Below, one piece after another: positions 19,162 to 28,961 of a stretch of DNA of 64,000 nt (position 1 is the stretch's first letter; every line of letters begins with the position of its first letter). The notes under the pieces were generated by a model. That model ran no database searches. It was not told where the DNA came from and saw only the letters and a list, made by a program, of their open reading frames with translations. The stretch lies in contig JAYVQY010000085.1 of assembly GCA_043776715.1 (NCBI GenBank), positions 639 to 64,638 on the forward strand, given 5' to 3'. This stretch comes from Cyclobacteriaceae bacterium. Lineage in GTDB: Bacteria > Bacteroidota > Bacteroidia > Cytophagales > Cyclobacteriaceae. The translations under genes were made by a program, and so were the position numbers.

Positions 19162-22113
19162 TTAATTGAGCATCATTTCAATGTCTTCCCGGGTGAGAGA
19201 CTTAACAATGCTTTCCTCCGTACTGATGAGATTTTCAGATAGTTTTAATTTGTGTTTTTGCAACTGTAGAATTTTCTCTTCCACCGTATTACGCGTGATG
19301 AATTTATACGTAAAAACTTTCTTCTTTTGGCCGATCCGGTGCGCCCGGTCAATGGCTTGTTGCTCAACGGCCGGGTTCCACCATGGGTCAAGGATGAAGA
19401 CATAATCCGCTTCTGTAAGATTGAGACCCAGCCCTCCCGCTTTGATGGATATGAGAAAGATTTTAAGCTGAGGGTCTTTGTTGAATTTTTCAACCTGATC
19501 TTTACGGTCCATACTTGATCCATCCAGGTAAGCAAAATCTATCTTCTTCGATTTGAGAAACTCTTTGACAATTTCAAGATGTTTTACGAATTGACTGAAG
19601 ATTAAAAGTTTGTGTCCCTCCAGCAATGCGTTTTCGATCATGTGTGAAAGATCATCGAGTTTCCCGGAGTCTCCTTTGTAATGGATGTCCACCATTCGGG
19701 GATGATTGGAAATCTGACGCAACTTTGTTAACCCTTCAAGAATGGTGATGCGTGAATTATTGAGACCTTCTTTTTCGATCAGGTCAAGGATCTTATGTCG
19801 ATAGTAGGATTTTGCTTCTTCATACTTTTCTTCCTGAGCAGGGGAAAGATGAGTATAATAGATGTTTTCAACTTTTTCTGGAAGGTCTGTCGCCACCTGC
19901 GATTTTAATCTGCGCAAGACAAACGGCTTGATAATGGCATTGAGTTTTTTTGTTTTCGCTTCGTCCTGTCGTTTTTCTATTGGTATCTGATATTCATTCT
20001 TGAAGAAAGTTTGGCCACCCAGTAAGCCAGGATTGATGAACGTCATTTGCGACCAAAGGTCCATTGTCGTATTTTCTAAAGGGGTACCGGTGAGCGTCAA
20101 CTTGTGACGTGACTTTAATTGCAACACAGCTTTGGCGATGTTGGAGGTAGGGTTTTTGATTACTTGCGATTCATCCAGAATGATATAGTTGAAGTAGAAT
20201 TTTTGCAACGATTCGATATCGAGCCTGGTAATTCCATAGGAGGTGAGTACCACATCATATTGACTGAAGCGCTCAATGTCCTTATTTCTATTGGTGCCAG
20301 TGTAGGTGAGAAGTTTTAATCCTGGAGTAAACTTGGCTGCTTCCATTTCCCAGTTGTAAATGAGTGAAGTAGGCATGATGAGGAGCGATGTGCCCGCATT
20401 TCCTTTTTCTTTTTCCGCTTGCAACAAGGTGAGTGTTTGTACGGTTTTTCCCAGGCCCATATCGTCGGCGAGGCAACCGCCAAGATGAAATTCATTGAGG
20501 AACCTGAGCCAATTGTAACCTGCTTTTTGATAGGGCCTCAACTGACCATGGAAGCCGGCGGGCAATGGGTAATCCTTAATTCCGCTAAAGCTCTCAAGAT
20601 TGCGAAGCCTGTCGCTGATATGCACCTTAGCAAGGTTTCCTGCCTGCAATTCCTTTACGAGGTTAAAATGGTACTTGTGGAGTACGGGCTTTTCGTGTGC
20701 GCCGTGTGTCTCACTCAGGGCAAACAAATCACCATATTTAATCAACCAGGCCTCCGGGATAATGGCGATCTCGCCATTGGGGAGTTTAAATTCGACTTTC
20801 TTCTTCAAGATGAGTTTACGGAGCTCTTTGAATGATATTTCGAATTCACCAAAACGGATTTTGGCATGAATGTCAAACCAATCGATGCCCTCTCTCACCT
20901 CGAGCTCAATCACGGCTTTTCCTACAAAATATTTTTTATCGCGGTTGTCAGGCTGACTGACCTCGAAGCCAAAATTTAATAAGTTGACACGGTTCTCATT
21001 GATCCATGAGAAGGCGTGCGCCTTTTCAACAGCTGTTCGAAAATTGCCAGCCAATGGCAGACCTAACTTGATAAGTGTCTGAGCAAATTTCTTTTCTGTT
21101 GCGATGTCTCTTTTAATGCGGTGGAAGACGTAATCGTTCTCTTTTTTTTCTACCGTTACATTCACGTCACCAAAGGCATCGCCACGAAATCGGTGTTTCC
21201 CATATTTGAAGGATAAGTCAAATACAATTTTTCCCGCCTCGTCGTTGCTCGGTTTATCTTCAGGGTGGTCCTGGAAAAGTGTTGCAATCTCCTTCGCATT
21301 GGCGGGAGGAAGTTCTGATATGGTCAGCAGAGGGTGTGGTTCAAAAGCAGTCTTGTTGATTTCGAATCCCTTTACTTCAATATCATCGAACGCTGCGATG
21401 AGTGAAGCGATGAAATTGTTATAATAATTTTCTTCGAGGTTTTTGGGTATGACGATGTTCTTTTTGGTAAGGAAGGGATTGAGTTTTTTGCCGTCCACCA
21501 CTTTATCAAATCCATAAAGCTTGCCATCCACCACCATCCACGCGGGACTTTTGCAAACCATGTACGCCACTGCATTTGGAATCTCTACATTCTTTCCATC
21601 GAAAGTGATGGTAGGATAATAGGTTGTGCTTTCTTCGTTGCGGAGAAAATGGAACTGAACACTGGCACGCTTCTCCATGACTTCAAGTTTTCGCCACGTC
21701 GGTTCACCATCATTGCCCATTTCATAAAGTCGCTTGCCTTTCATTTTTTCAAGCACCGCGGCACGCCGCTTTTCCATGTATGCTTCAATCTGCTCCTGCA
21801 AAAGCCTTTCCTCAGTTTTATCTTTTTTAAAAACCTTCGCAAAGAACTCATCCGGCTTCATGATCTTTTTTGAAAAGTGGCGAAGTACAGCGTCCTGGTT
21901 CATGCTGTCCATCAATTCTATGAGCTCATAGTCGCGATCGTCGAGCCCCTTGCTAAATTCCCTTGCATTTTTTGCGGAGATATTCTGATGCTGGTAGGTG
22001 AGTTTGGCGTTTTCATCAATGCGGACGATGAAAGCCTCGAAAATATAGCCCAGGTACTCGTGCTGAAAGAGCGAGTAAATCAATTGAAACGGCTGTGTTG
22101 CCGAAACTTTCAT
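19162..22113 (-). CDS. SNF2-family helicase / ATPase with a large N-terminal accessory region
   Basis: 983 aa. Helicase motif I is ADDMGLGKT, motif II is LDESQVIKN and motif VI is QAIDRAHRIGQ. About 500 aa precede the helicase core. Confidence 0.9.
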   Translation of the reverse strand: MKVSATQPFQLIYSLFQHEYLGYIFEAFIVRIDENAKLTYQHQNISAKNAREFSKGLDDRDYELIELMDSMNQDAVLRHFSKKIMKPDEFFAKVFKKDKTEERLLQEQIEAYMEKRRAAVLEKMKGKRLYEMGNDGEPTWRKLEVMEKRASVQFHFLRNEESTTYYPTITFDGKNVEIPNAVAYMVCKSPAWMVVDGKLYGFDKVVDGKKLNPFLTKKNIVIPKNLEENYYNNFIASLIAAFDDIEVKGFEINKTAFEPHPLLTISELPPANAKEIATLFQDHPEDKPSNDEAGKIVFDLSFKYGKHRFRGDAFGDVNVTVEKKENDYVFHRIKRDIATEKKFAQTLIKLGLPLAGNFRTAVEKAHAFSWINENRVNLLNFGFEVSQPDNRDKKYFVGKAVIELEVREGIDWFDIHAKIRFGEFEISFKELRKLILKKKVEFKLPNGEIAIIPEAWLIKYGDLFALSETHGAHEKPVLHKYHFNLVKELQAGNLAKVHISDRLRNLESFSGIKDYPLPAGFHGQLRPYQKAGYNWLRFLNEFHLGGCLADDMGLGKTVQTLTLLQAEKEKGNAGTSLLIMPTSLIYNWEMEAAKFTPGLKLLTYTGTNRNKDIERFSQYDVVLTSYGITRLDIESLQKFYFNYIILDESQVIKNPTSNIAKAVLQLKSRHKLTLTGTPLENTTMDLWSQMTFINPGLLGGQTFFKNEYQIPIEKRQDEAKTKKLNAIIKPFVLRRLKSQVATDLPEKVENIYYTHLSPAQEEKYEEAKSYYRHKILDLIEKEGLNNSRITILEGLTKLRQISNHPRMVDIHYKGDSGKLDDLSHMIENALLEGHKLLIFSQFVKHLEIVKEFLKSKKIDFAYLDGSSMDRKDQVEKFNKDPQLKIFLISIKAGGLGLNLTEADYVFILDPWWNPAVEQQAIDRAHRIGQKKKVFTYKFITRNTVEEKILQLQKHKLKLSENLISTEESIVKSLTREDIEMMLN

Positions 22114-22251
22114 GGCGAATTTGGGCTAAAAACGCTGCCTTTCCAGTTCAAAGAGCCAACAATGAAGAATTTTGGCTCATTTCAGAAAAAGCAGAATTGC
22201 AAAATAGACAATCGCAGCTAAATATTTCTGGATTTTTCAGGGAACCCCAGA

Positions 22252-23472
22252 TCACAAATGATCAATGGAGTAAGATCGAGCGGCTAAAATGGCTGGACGG
22301 AAGGACACCAGGAAGGCCACGGTAACAATGACCGAGCTGGTGAGTAGAAAATCGGTTAGTTTCATCTCCACTGGATAGTGTGTCACGATCGCATTTTCCA
22401 TCCCCATCCCAACAAGACCCACGCTGTCTTGCAGGTAGCACAGGATAGCGCCCAAAAGTAAGCCAATGCCAGCACCTACCAGGGAAATGATTGCGCCTTC
22501 CATGAGAAAAATTCTTTTGATAAATGACGGATGCGCACCCATGGCCATCAGAATGCTAATGTCTTTCTTCTTATCAATGGCTAGCATCATCAGAGAAAAG
22601 AAAATATTAATGGATCCCACCAACAGCAAGAGCGACAATGAAAAAAATGTAAATAACTTTTCAATCTTAACCAACCGATACAAGTCTTTGTGTTGCTCCT
22701 CATTGGTAAGGACCGAAAAGTTTTCTCCTAATGTCTGACGTAAGTTTTGTTGTACAAGCTGCGGATCCGATCCGTCAGTTTGGACTTCAAGAGATGTCCT
22801 CTTCGTGTCGTAGTCAAAAAGTTCTTTCGCGAAAGCAAGGGGCACAAAAATAAAGTTCTCATCATAATTTTTTTCGATTGAAAAAACGGAGCCTGGCCGT
22901 ATATCTTTTCGGGAATATAATTTTGATGGATCGAATGATCCTCCTTTCAGGTTCTTGATGTAGAAGACTTGTAGTGCAAACGCGTCACTGGTCACCTCCG
23001 CAGATAAATTGTAACGCACCCCTCTTCCAATGATGGCAAAGGGAATACTATCTTTCATCAACTTTATTTCGCCTTCGGTGATGTGACCATCGAGCCTGTG
23101 TTGGTCAAGAAAGTTATCACTCACTCCCTTGATGGTGACCACCATGTCCGCATCACGGTAGCGAACGTATCCATAGTCTTCAATGACTTCAGTGACCGTT
23201 TGCACCCCTTTAATAGAATGAATGGAGGAGAGCAGTTGATCATTTATTTCGAATGATTTGCCTCTTACTGATTCAATCTTCAACTCAGGATCGAAAGATG
23301 TATAAATGGAACGGAGTAAAACACCCAACCCATTAAAAACAGAAAGTACGATCACAAGCGCCGCGGTAGCGAAGGCCACTCCAGCCATCGATAGAATAGA
23401 AATAACGTTGATAAAATTTTTCTTCCGCTTAGAAAGAAAATAGCGCCTGGCGATGAAGAAGGGAAGGTTCAT
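22252..23472 (-). CDS. FtsX-like ABC transporter permease (LolC/E-like)
   Basis: 406 aa. The layout is one TM segment, a large periplasmic domain, then three C-terminal TM segments, as in FtsX/LolE. It lies immediately downstream of rbfA with a 2-nt gap. Confidence 0.85.
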   Translation of the reverse strand: MNLPFFIARRYFLSKRKKNFINVISILSMAGVAFATAALVIVLSVFNGLGVLLRSIYTSFDPELKIESVRGKSFEINDQLLSSIHSIKGVQTVTEVIEDYGYVRYRDADMVVTIKGVSDNFLDQHRLDGHITEGEIKLMKDSIPFAIIGRGVRYNLSAEVTSDAFALQVFYIKNLKGGSFDPSKLYSRKDIRPGSVFSIEKNYDENFIFVPLAFAKELFDYDTKRTSLEVQTDGSDPQLVQQNLRQTLGENFSVLTNEEQHKDLYRLVKIEKLFTFFSLSLLLLVGSINIFFSLMMLAIDKKKDISILMAMGAHPSFIKRIFLMEGAIISLVGAGIGLLLGAILCYLQDSVGLVGMGMENAIVTHYPVEMKLTDFLLTSSVIVTVAFLVSFRPAILAARSYSIDHL

Positions 23473-23474
23473 TC

Positions 23475-23858
23475 CTATAAATCAGTCTTCTCTTGCTCTT
23501 CTGCCGGGGGAATGTTGAGGTTTTTGATCAAGTTATCCATCCGTTCGGCATTGGCATCTACCTCATCAAGAAAAAATGCCAGCTCTGGGACAATGCGTGC
23601 CTGGTTTCGGATTCGAGCGCCCAGGGCTTTGCGGATTTCTTTTTTGTGAAGCTCAAGTCTTTCAAGCAATGCTACTTTGTCTTTTACCAACGCCATGCTG
23701 ATATAGACTCTGGCTACACTTAGGTCCGGACTCACCCTGACATCCATCAGGGTAATAAAAGCATTTCCTAAAAACCCGCGTTGGTCACGCTGGAAAATAT
23801 CGCTCAGTTCCTTTTGAATCAGTCGACTGAATTTTTGTTGGCGTACACTTCCACTCAT
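23475..23858 (-). CDS. rbfA: ribosome-binding factor A
   Basis: The track ORF runs to 23954, but the internal ATG at 23858 gives MSGSVRQQKFSRLIQKELSDIF..., a typical RbfA N-terminus of typical size (127 aa). Confidence 0.85.
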   Translation of the reverse strand: MSGSVRQQKFSRLIQKELSDIFQRDQRGFLGNAFITLMDVRVSPDLSVARVYISMALVKDKVALLERLELHKKEIRKALGARIRNQARIVPELAFFLDEVDANAERMDNLIKNLNIPPAEEQEKTDL

Positions 23859-24031
23859 GTTGTAAAGATACAAAAGGTCGACAAGCAATGGAGTGGTTTT
23901 TTGGATGAAGCTGGTGGCACGCTGCGTGGGTCCGCGGAGGAAAACCCCTGGCAAGTTGTTACACTGCAGTTTGAGAAGCCGGAACCAATCATTGTTTATT
24001 TTTAGTTATTTGCGGCATAATCTAATTTTTC

Positions 24032-25423
24032 GTGCTTCGGTACTTTCGCATTAATGACCCTTACAGACTAATAAGTCTACTCGTGCTTCTCATCCTGGCA
24101 AGCCTGCCAGTCCTCATCGATTTGCCCGGGATCACGGTTCAGGAATTGAGAGACTTGGTGATGGGAGAGGTGGTGGGTAGCAAAATGCTATATGTTGAGA
24201 TCATTGACAGGACTGCACCCATGATGGCACTCTTCGATGGGTTTCTTAATTTCATCTTTGGCAGGTCTCTTTTGGCTCGTCACATTCTGGCACTCATCAT
24301 TATATTTTTTCAAGCCTCCTATTTTGGAATCTTATTGATTAATAACAAAGCATACAATGAGAGCAGCTATGTCCCTTCATTAATCTTTGGATTTTTATGC
24401 TTCTTTTCATTTGACTTGTTGGCGGTTACTCCAGAGTTGTTGGCCGCCACGCTTTTATTGCTTGGACTGAATAATCTTTTTAAGGAAATCGAATTTCGTG
24501 TAGACCGCGATTCGATCGTTTTGAACATGGGTGTATTTATTGGCATTGCATCTCTCTTTGTTTTCTCGTACACGATTTTCCTGATAGGCGCCATCTTCAT
24601 TTTAATTGTATTTGCACGAGCATCCTTCCGAAAAATAAGCCTGGTGTTGTTTGGATATTCATTGGTGCACGCAATCCTAATTACATTTTATTATTGCTAT
24701 GAACAGACCGATGAGCTTTGGATTCATTTCTATGCAGCAAACTACTCGGGAATGAGCCAGAGGCTTGTTGACATAAAATCCATTCTTATTTTGGGGACAG
24801 TCCCAATGATCTATTTTGTATTCTCACTTTTCATGCTGACCCGGGAAGCGCGGTTTACGAAATATCAATCGCAGCTTTTCCAGGCAATATTTCTATGGCT
24901 CGCCATTTCAATGATTCAAATATGGTTTACCTCAGACCTTACACCTCATAGTTTCTTCACCCTCATTCCACCAATTGCCTATTTTGTAAGCCACTACCTG
25001 TTGTTGATTCGAAGAAAATCGATTGCTGAAACGATGTTGTGGATTTTTGTTATGGGATTATTAACCATCAACGGGTTATCGCGCTACGAGCGGCTTAGCG
25101 GTGTGGAATATTCTTCACTTTTTCCTTCGGCATCAAAGTATGAAAAGGAAATAACAGGGAAGAAGATCATGATTCTGGGAGATGACATGTCACTTTTTAG
25201 AGAGAACAAATTGGCTGGGTATTTCCTTGACTGGAATCTTTCCCGAAAATATTTTGAGAACCCCGACTACTACGAGAATATTATTAAAATCAATAAGTCC
25301 ATTTCAGAAGATCCTCCGGATGTAATCATTGACCCTGGAAATTTAATGGGGCCGGTGATCAGTAGAATTCCTGCGTTGGAAAAGAAGTATAGAAGGGAGA
25401 ACGAAATATATTGGAAACGCTAA
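24032..25423 (+). CDS. polytopic membrane protein of unknown function with a C-terminal soluble domain
   Basis: 463 aa, GTG start. There are at least 9 hydrophobic segments, then a roughly 110-aa hydrophilic tail. I recognise no catalytic motif. Confidence 0.6.
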   Translation: MLRYFRINDPYRLISLLVLLILASLPVLIDLPGITVQELRDLVMGEVVGSKMLYVEIIDRTAPMMALFDGFLNFIFGRSLLARHILALIIIFFQASYFGILLINNKAYNESSYVPSLIFGFLCFFSFDLLAVTPELLAATLLLLGLNNLFKEIEFRVDRDSIVLNMGVFIGIASLFVFSYTIFLIGAIFILIVFARASFRKISLVLFGYSLVHAILITFYYCYEQTDELWIHFYAANYSGMSQRLVDIKSILILGTVPMIYFVFSLFMLTREARFTKYQSQLFQAIFLWLAISMIQIWFTSDLTPHSFFTLIPPIAYFVSHYLLLIRRKSIAETMLWIFVMGLLTINGLSRYERLSGVEYSSLFPSASKYEKEITGKKIMILGDDMSLFRENKLAGYFLDWNLSRKYFENPDYYENIIKINKSISEDPPDVIIDPGNLMGPVISRIPALEKKYRRENEIYWKR

Positions 25424-25854
25424 CAGCTGATCTTGCTTACCCGGCGGGCATGGCGTCCACCTTCGAAGGCTGAATGTAAAAACCGATCGGTAATTTTTTC
25501 TGCAAGTTCAATGCTGATGTGCCGGGCGGGCAGGCAAAGAATGTTGGCATCATTATGTTCCCGTGCGGTGGCCGCAAGTTCTTCTTTCCAACAAATGGCG
25601 GCCCGGATGCCCTGATGTTTGTTTGCAGTGATCGCAACTCCGTTCGCGCTTCCGCAGGTGAGGAGGCCCAGGTCGAATTCCTTCTTTTCCACTGCCAGGG
25701 ATACAGCATGTGCAAAGTCAGGATAGTCGGCAGACTCACTGCTGAAGGTGCCAAAATCTTTTACGGCATGACCATTTTGTTGCAGCCATTTTTTCAAATG
25801 CTCCTTTAAATCAAAGCCTGCGTGGTCGGCGCCGATAGCAATTTTTAACATCAT
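25420..25854 (-). CDS. rpiB: ribose 5-phosphate isomerase B
   Basis: 144 aa. MLKIAIGADHAGFDLKEHLK and the GSANGVAITANK blocks are typical of RpiB/LacAB. Its start overlaps the tatC stop in an ATGA junction. Confidence 0.92.
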   Translation of the reverse strand: MMLKIAIGADHAGFDLKEHLKKWLQQNGHAVKDFGTFSSESADYPDFAHAVSLAVEKKEFDLGLLTCGSANGVAITANKHQGIRAAICWKEELAATAREHNDANILCLPARHISIELAEKITDRFLHSAFEGGRHARRVSKISC

Positions 25855-26690
25855 GCAGTCATTTCATCGGTCTTTGCCTGTTGCTCTTCTTCTTTTCGTT
25901 TCTGTCGCACAACATAGGCGGATATGAAGATACTGATTTCGTAAAGCATAAATAATGGCAATGAAATAAGAACCTGACTTAAGGGATCGGGAGGCGTTAC
26001 GATTGCGCCAATAATTAAAATCACAATGATGGCATGTCTCCGGTAAGTTCGCATGAACTTAGGAGTAAGCAGCCCCACCTTTGTCATAAAGTAAACCACC
26101 ACGGGCAGTTGGAAAAGTAATCCGCTCCCAAACACCAAAGCGATGAACGTTGATACATAGGAGGTGATGTCAAATTCGTTGACGATGATATCGCTGATAG
26201 AATAGGAAGAAAAAAACCACGTCATCATGGGGCAAAGGATAAAGTATCCAAAGCAAATTCCCAGTAAGAAAAGGAAGGAAACGGCAAACACGGCCCCACT
26301 CGAGTTTTTCTTCTCGCTTAACCTCAGCCCGGGCTTTACAAACCTCCAGATTTCCCAAAAGACATAAGGGAAAGCAACAATAAAACCAATCACAAAGGCG
26401 GCAAGCACTTGCATGGTAAATTGCCCGGTCATGTACCGGCTTTGGATCTTAAAAGGAAAAGGTTTTGCACAAAGGGCATCCACCGCTCCAGTCCAATGAC
26501 CCAGATCACACAACCATCTAAACGTCGGGAAGTCGATGCGGGCCGGAGCAAATATGATGTTCTGAAAGATCCATGGTGTGAAGAAGAAAGCCAAGACCAT
26601 AAAAATCATTATGGCCGAAATAGAGCGGACAATATGCCAACGTAATTCTTCAAGGTGGTCCAGAAAGGACATTTCTTTTTCTTCGCTCAT
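25851..26690 (-). CDS. tatC: twin-arginine translocase subunit TatC
   Basis: 279 aa with the SFLDHLEELRWHIVRS N-terminal block and 6 TM segments. Confidence 0.92.
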   Translation of the reverse strand: MSEEKEMSFLDHLEELRWHIVRSISAIMIFMVLAFFFTPWIFQNIIFAPARIDFPTFRWLCDLGHWTGAVDALCAKPFPFKIQSRYMTGQFTMQVLAAFVIGFIVAFPYVFWEIWRFVKPGLRLSEKKNSSGAVFAVSFLFLLGICFGYFILCPMMTWFFSSYSISDIIVNEFDITSYVSTFIALVFGSGLLFQLPVVVYFMTKVGLLTPKFMRTYRRHAIIVILIIGAIVTPPDPLSQVLISLPLFMLYEISIFISAYVVRQKRKEEEQQAKTDEMTA

Positions 26691-26756
26691 AAAAAAATTT
26701 TCCCGCTGATGGTTCGCAGAAAATATTTGCGAAAGTCTGCGTTATCCGCGGGAATA
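26691..26756 (-). terminator. GC-stemmed nested hairpin plus U7 tract between glyA and tatC (candidate intrinsic terminator or attenuator)
   Basis: The minus-strand RNA reads UUCCCGC-(41 nt containing the inner hairpin uucgca/ugcgaa)-GCGGGAA-AA-UUUUUUU-AUG(tatC). The outer stem pairs 26700..26706 with 26748..26754. Confidence 0.45.
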
Positions 26757-26770
26757 AAAAATTTATCTGT

Positions 26771-28042
26771 TTAACTGTAAAGCGGGAACTTCTTCATAAA
26801 CGCATTCACCTTGCGTTTCACCGCTTTTTGGTGTTTATCATCGCCAGGTTTTTTCAACGACTCATCGATCAAGTCAACTACCTTTGCAACATCCTTTTCC
26901 TTCATCCCACGGGTTGTTACAGCCGGAGTGCCAATGCGCATCCCCGAAGTGACCATCGGCGATTGGGTGTCAAAAGGGACCATGTTCTTGTTGATCGTGA
27001 TGTCGGCTTTGATCAAAGTTTCTTCAGCGATCTTGCCCGTCAGATTTTTGGACCGAAGGTCGATCAGCATCAGGTGATTGTCAGTTCCTCCGGAGATAAT
27101 TTTATATCCTCTTTTAGAAAATTCCTCGGCCATGGCTTTTGCATTTCGGGCCACCTGAACAATGTATTCCATGTATTCATCACTCAGCGCCTCCAGAAAG
27201 GAGACAGCTTTTGCGGCGATCACATGCTCCAGCGGGCCACCTTGCGTTCCAGGGAAAACACCTGAATCCAGAATGGATGAAATTTTCCTGAGCTCACCTT
27301 TTGGAGTCTTTAGTCCCCATGGGTTGTCAAAATTCTTGCCGATCATGATCAAGCCACCGCGAGGACCGCGGAGTGTTTTATGTGTGGTGGTGGTCACGAT
27401 ATGGCAGTGCTCCATTGGATCCGTCAAGAGACCTCGTGCAATCAGTCCAGCCGGATGAGAAACATCTGCAAGCAACAATGCCCCAACCGAATCAGCTGCT
27501 GCACGCAATTTTTTATAGTCCCAATCACGACTGTAAGCCGAAGCTCCGCAGATCACCATCTTTGGTTTTTCGCGTTGAGCGATTTCAATCACCTTATCAA
27601 AATCAATCAACCCAGTCTCCTGTTCGACTCCGTAAAATGAAGGCTGATATAATTTTCCTGAGAAGTTGACGGAAGACCCATGCGTCAGGTGACCGCCGTG
27701 CGACAAGTCAAAGCCGAGTATTTTGTCGCCTGGCTTCAGGCAGGCAAGCATCACCGCCGCATTCGCCTGGGCGCCGGAGTGTGGTTGCACATTGGCCCAG
27801 CTTGCACCAAAGAGTTCTTTTACCCGGTCGATGGCCAATTGTTCAATTTCATCTACCACTTCGCAGCCACCATAGTAGCGTTTACCCGGCAGTCCTTCAG
27901 CGTATTTGTTTGTGAGCACCGTGCCCTGGGCTTTCATTACTTGGGCAGAAACAAAATTTTCGGAAGCGATGAGCTCAATGCCACTTTGTTGGCGGTGTTT
28001 TTCTTTATCGATGAGGTCGAAAATGATTTTATCTCTCTTCAT
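26771..28042 (-). CDS. glyA: serine hydroxymethyltransferase
   Basis: 423 aa with the PLP-lysine block [14 protein letters not shown] and overall SHMT sequence. Confidence 0.97.
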   Translation of the reverse strand: MKRDKIIFDLIDKEKHRQQSGIELIASENFVSAQVMKAQGTVLTNKYAEGLPGKRYYGGCEVVDEIEQLAIDRVKELFGASWANVQPHSGAQANAAVMLACLKPGDKILGFDLSHGGHLTHGSSVNFSGKLYQPSFYGVEQETGLIDFDKVIEIAQREKPKMVICGASAYSRDWDYKKLRAAADSVGALLLADVSHPAGLIARGLLTDPMEHCHIVTTTTHKTLRGPRGGLIMIGKNFDNPWGLKTPKGELRKISSILDSGVFPGTQGGPLEHVIAAKAVSFLEALSDEYMEYIVQVARNAKAMAEEFSKRGYKIISGGTDNHLMLIDLRSKNLTGKIAEETLIKADITINKNMVPFDTQSPMVTSGMRIGTPAVTTRGMKEKDVAKVVDLIDESLKKPGDDKHQKAVKRKVNAFMKKFPLYS

Positions 28043-28173
28043 AGTAATTAATTCAGAATGAACTGATTTCAGAAGTTATTTGACTTGGCTAAGCCGCCGC
28101 AAAAATAGTGTGAGCGTAAGTAGGATTGAAGTGATTTGATACAAATAGCTGAATGGAAATTAATCGCACTCAT

Positions 28174-28920
28174 TTACCAGCTGCCGCTACTTCCGCCCCC
28201 TCCAAAGCTACCGCCGCCGCCCGAGAAGCCACCACCGCCGCCGCCGCCTCCCCATCCACCACGGCCCATGGCGCTTCCGAGGAGAAATCCTGCCCCGGCA
28301 GACCAACCATTACCACCACCTTTATTATTTCTGGAAAAGAATCTGAAGAGAATGAAAATAAGTAAAATGAGGATGGTTAAATATCCATTGCCTTTGCCAT
28401 TCCTTTTCCTAACAGGCCTATCGTCTCCCTTGTACTCTCCTTTAATGGCTTGCGTGATCGCGCTCACCGCGGCAAGGATGCCGGCATCGTAGTTGCCGTT
28501 GCGGAAATTGGGCGCCACCTCATTGCGGATGATTCGACTACACATCGCATCCGGTAAGGGCCCCTCAAGGCCTTGACCTACTTCAATTCGTACTCCATGA
28601 TCCTGGATGGCAACGATCAGGAGTGCTCCATTGTCGTTATTTTTTGTTCCCAGCTTCCACTTTTCCGCCACACGGAGGGAATAGGATTCAAGAACCTCTC
28701 CTTCCAGAGAAGGCACGATGAGGATTGCAATCTGATTGGTGGTAGAATCCTCAAAGTTCTTTAGTCGCTGTTCAAGGTAACTGACGGCTTGTGGTGAAAG
28801 GATGTTGGCTTCATCATGGACCCGCAAGTTCTGGAGTTCCGGAATTTCCTTTTGGGCGGTAGCGTATTGTGAAAAGAGGACGAGGGATATGAATCCAAAA
28901 AATATGATCAGGCGGTTCAT
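28174..28920 (-). CDS. TPM-domain protein (YgcG-like) with TM segment and Gly-rich tail
   Basis: 248 aa. The order is signal peptide, TPM/phosphatase-like domain, TM segment, then the C-terminal tail GGWGGGGGGGGFSGGGGSFGGGGSSGSW. Confidence 0.8.
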   Translation of the reverse strand: MNRLIIFFGFISLVLFSQYATAQKEIPELQNLRVHDEANILSPQAVSYLEQRLKNFEDSTTNQIAILIVPSLEGEVLESYSLRVAEKWKLGTKNNDNGALLIVAIQDHGVRIEVGQGLEGPLPDAMCSRIIRNEVAPNFRNGNYDAGILAAVSAITQAIKGEYKGDDRPVRKRNGKGNGYLTILILLIFILFRFFSRNNKGGGNGWSAGAGFLLGSAMGRGGWGGGGGGGGFSGGGGSFGGGGSSGSW

Positions 28921-28961
28921 GCGATGCTGGTAATAGGGGAAAAGATATTTTTATTATTAAA

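Noticed and set aside
18971-19165. 64-aa ORF inside repeat copy A.
   Set aside because: The homologous stretch in copy B (48113..48230) is interrupted by stop codons, and its indels are not multiples of three. The similarity is therefore nucleotide-level, not protein-level.
23859-23954. N-terminal extensions offered by the ORF track. Cases are rbfA to 23954, the outer-membrane factor to 6921, the YeeE large half to 35540, GH3 from 35500, the PD40 protein to 42195, the SPOR protein to 54701, the lipoprotein from 39088, the aminotransferase from 39989, bla from 29867 and the amidohydrolase from 48277.
   Set aside because: In each case an internal ATG yields a canonical N-terminus (a signal peptide, a lipobox or the family-typical start) and removes overlap with the neighbouring gene. 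The extensions have non-protein-like composition.
28136-28492. 118-aa proline-rich ORF on the plus strand (…PPPPKLPPPPEKPPPPPPPPHPPRP…).
   Set aside because: It is the antisense reading of the GGN-rich tail of the YgcG-like TPM gene. The minus-strand frame has a signal peptide, TPM domain and TM segment, so the poly-Pro ORF is a complementary-strand artefact.
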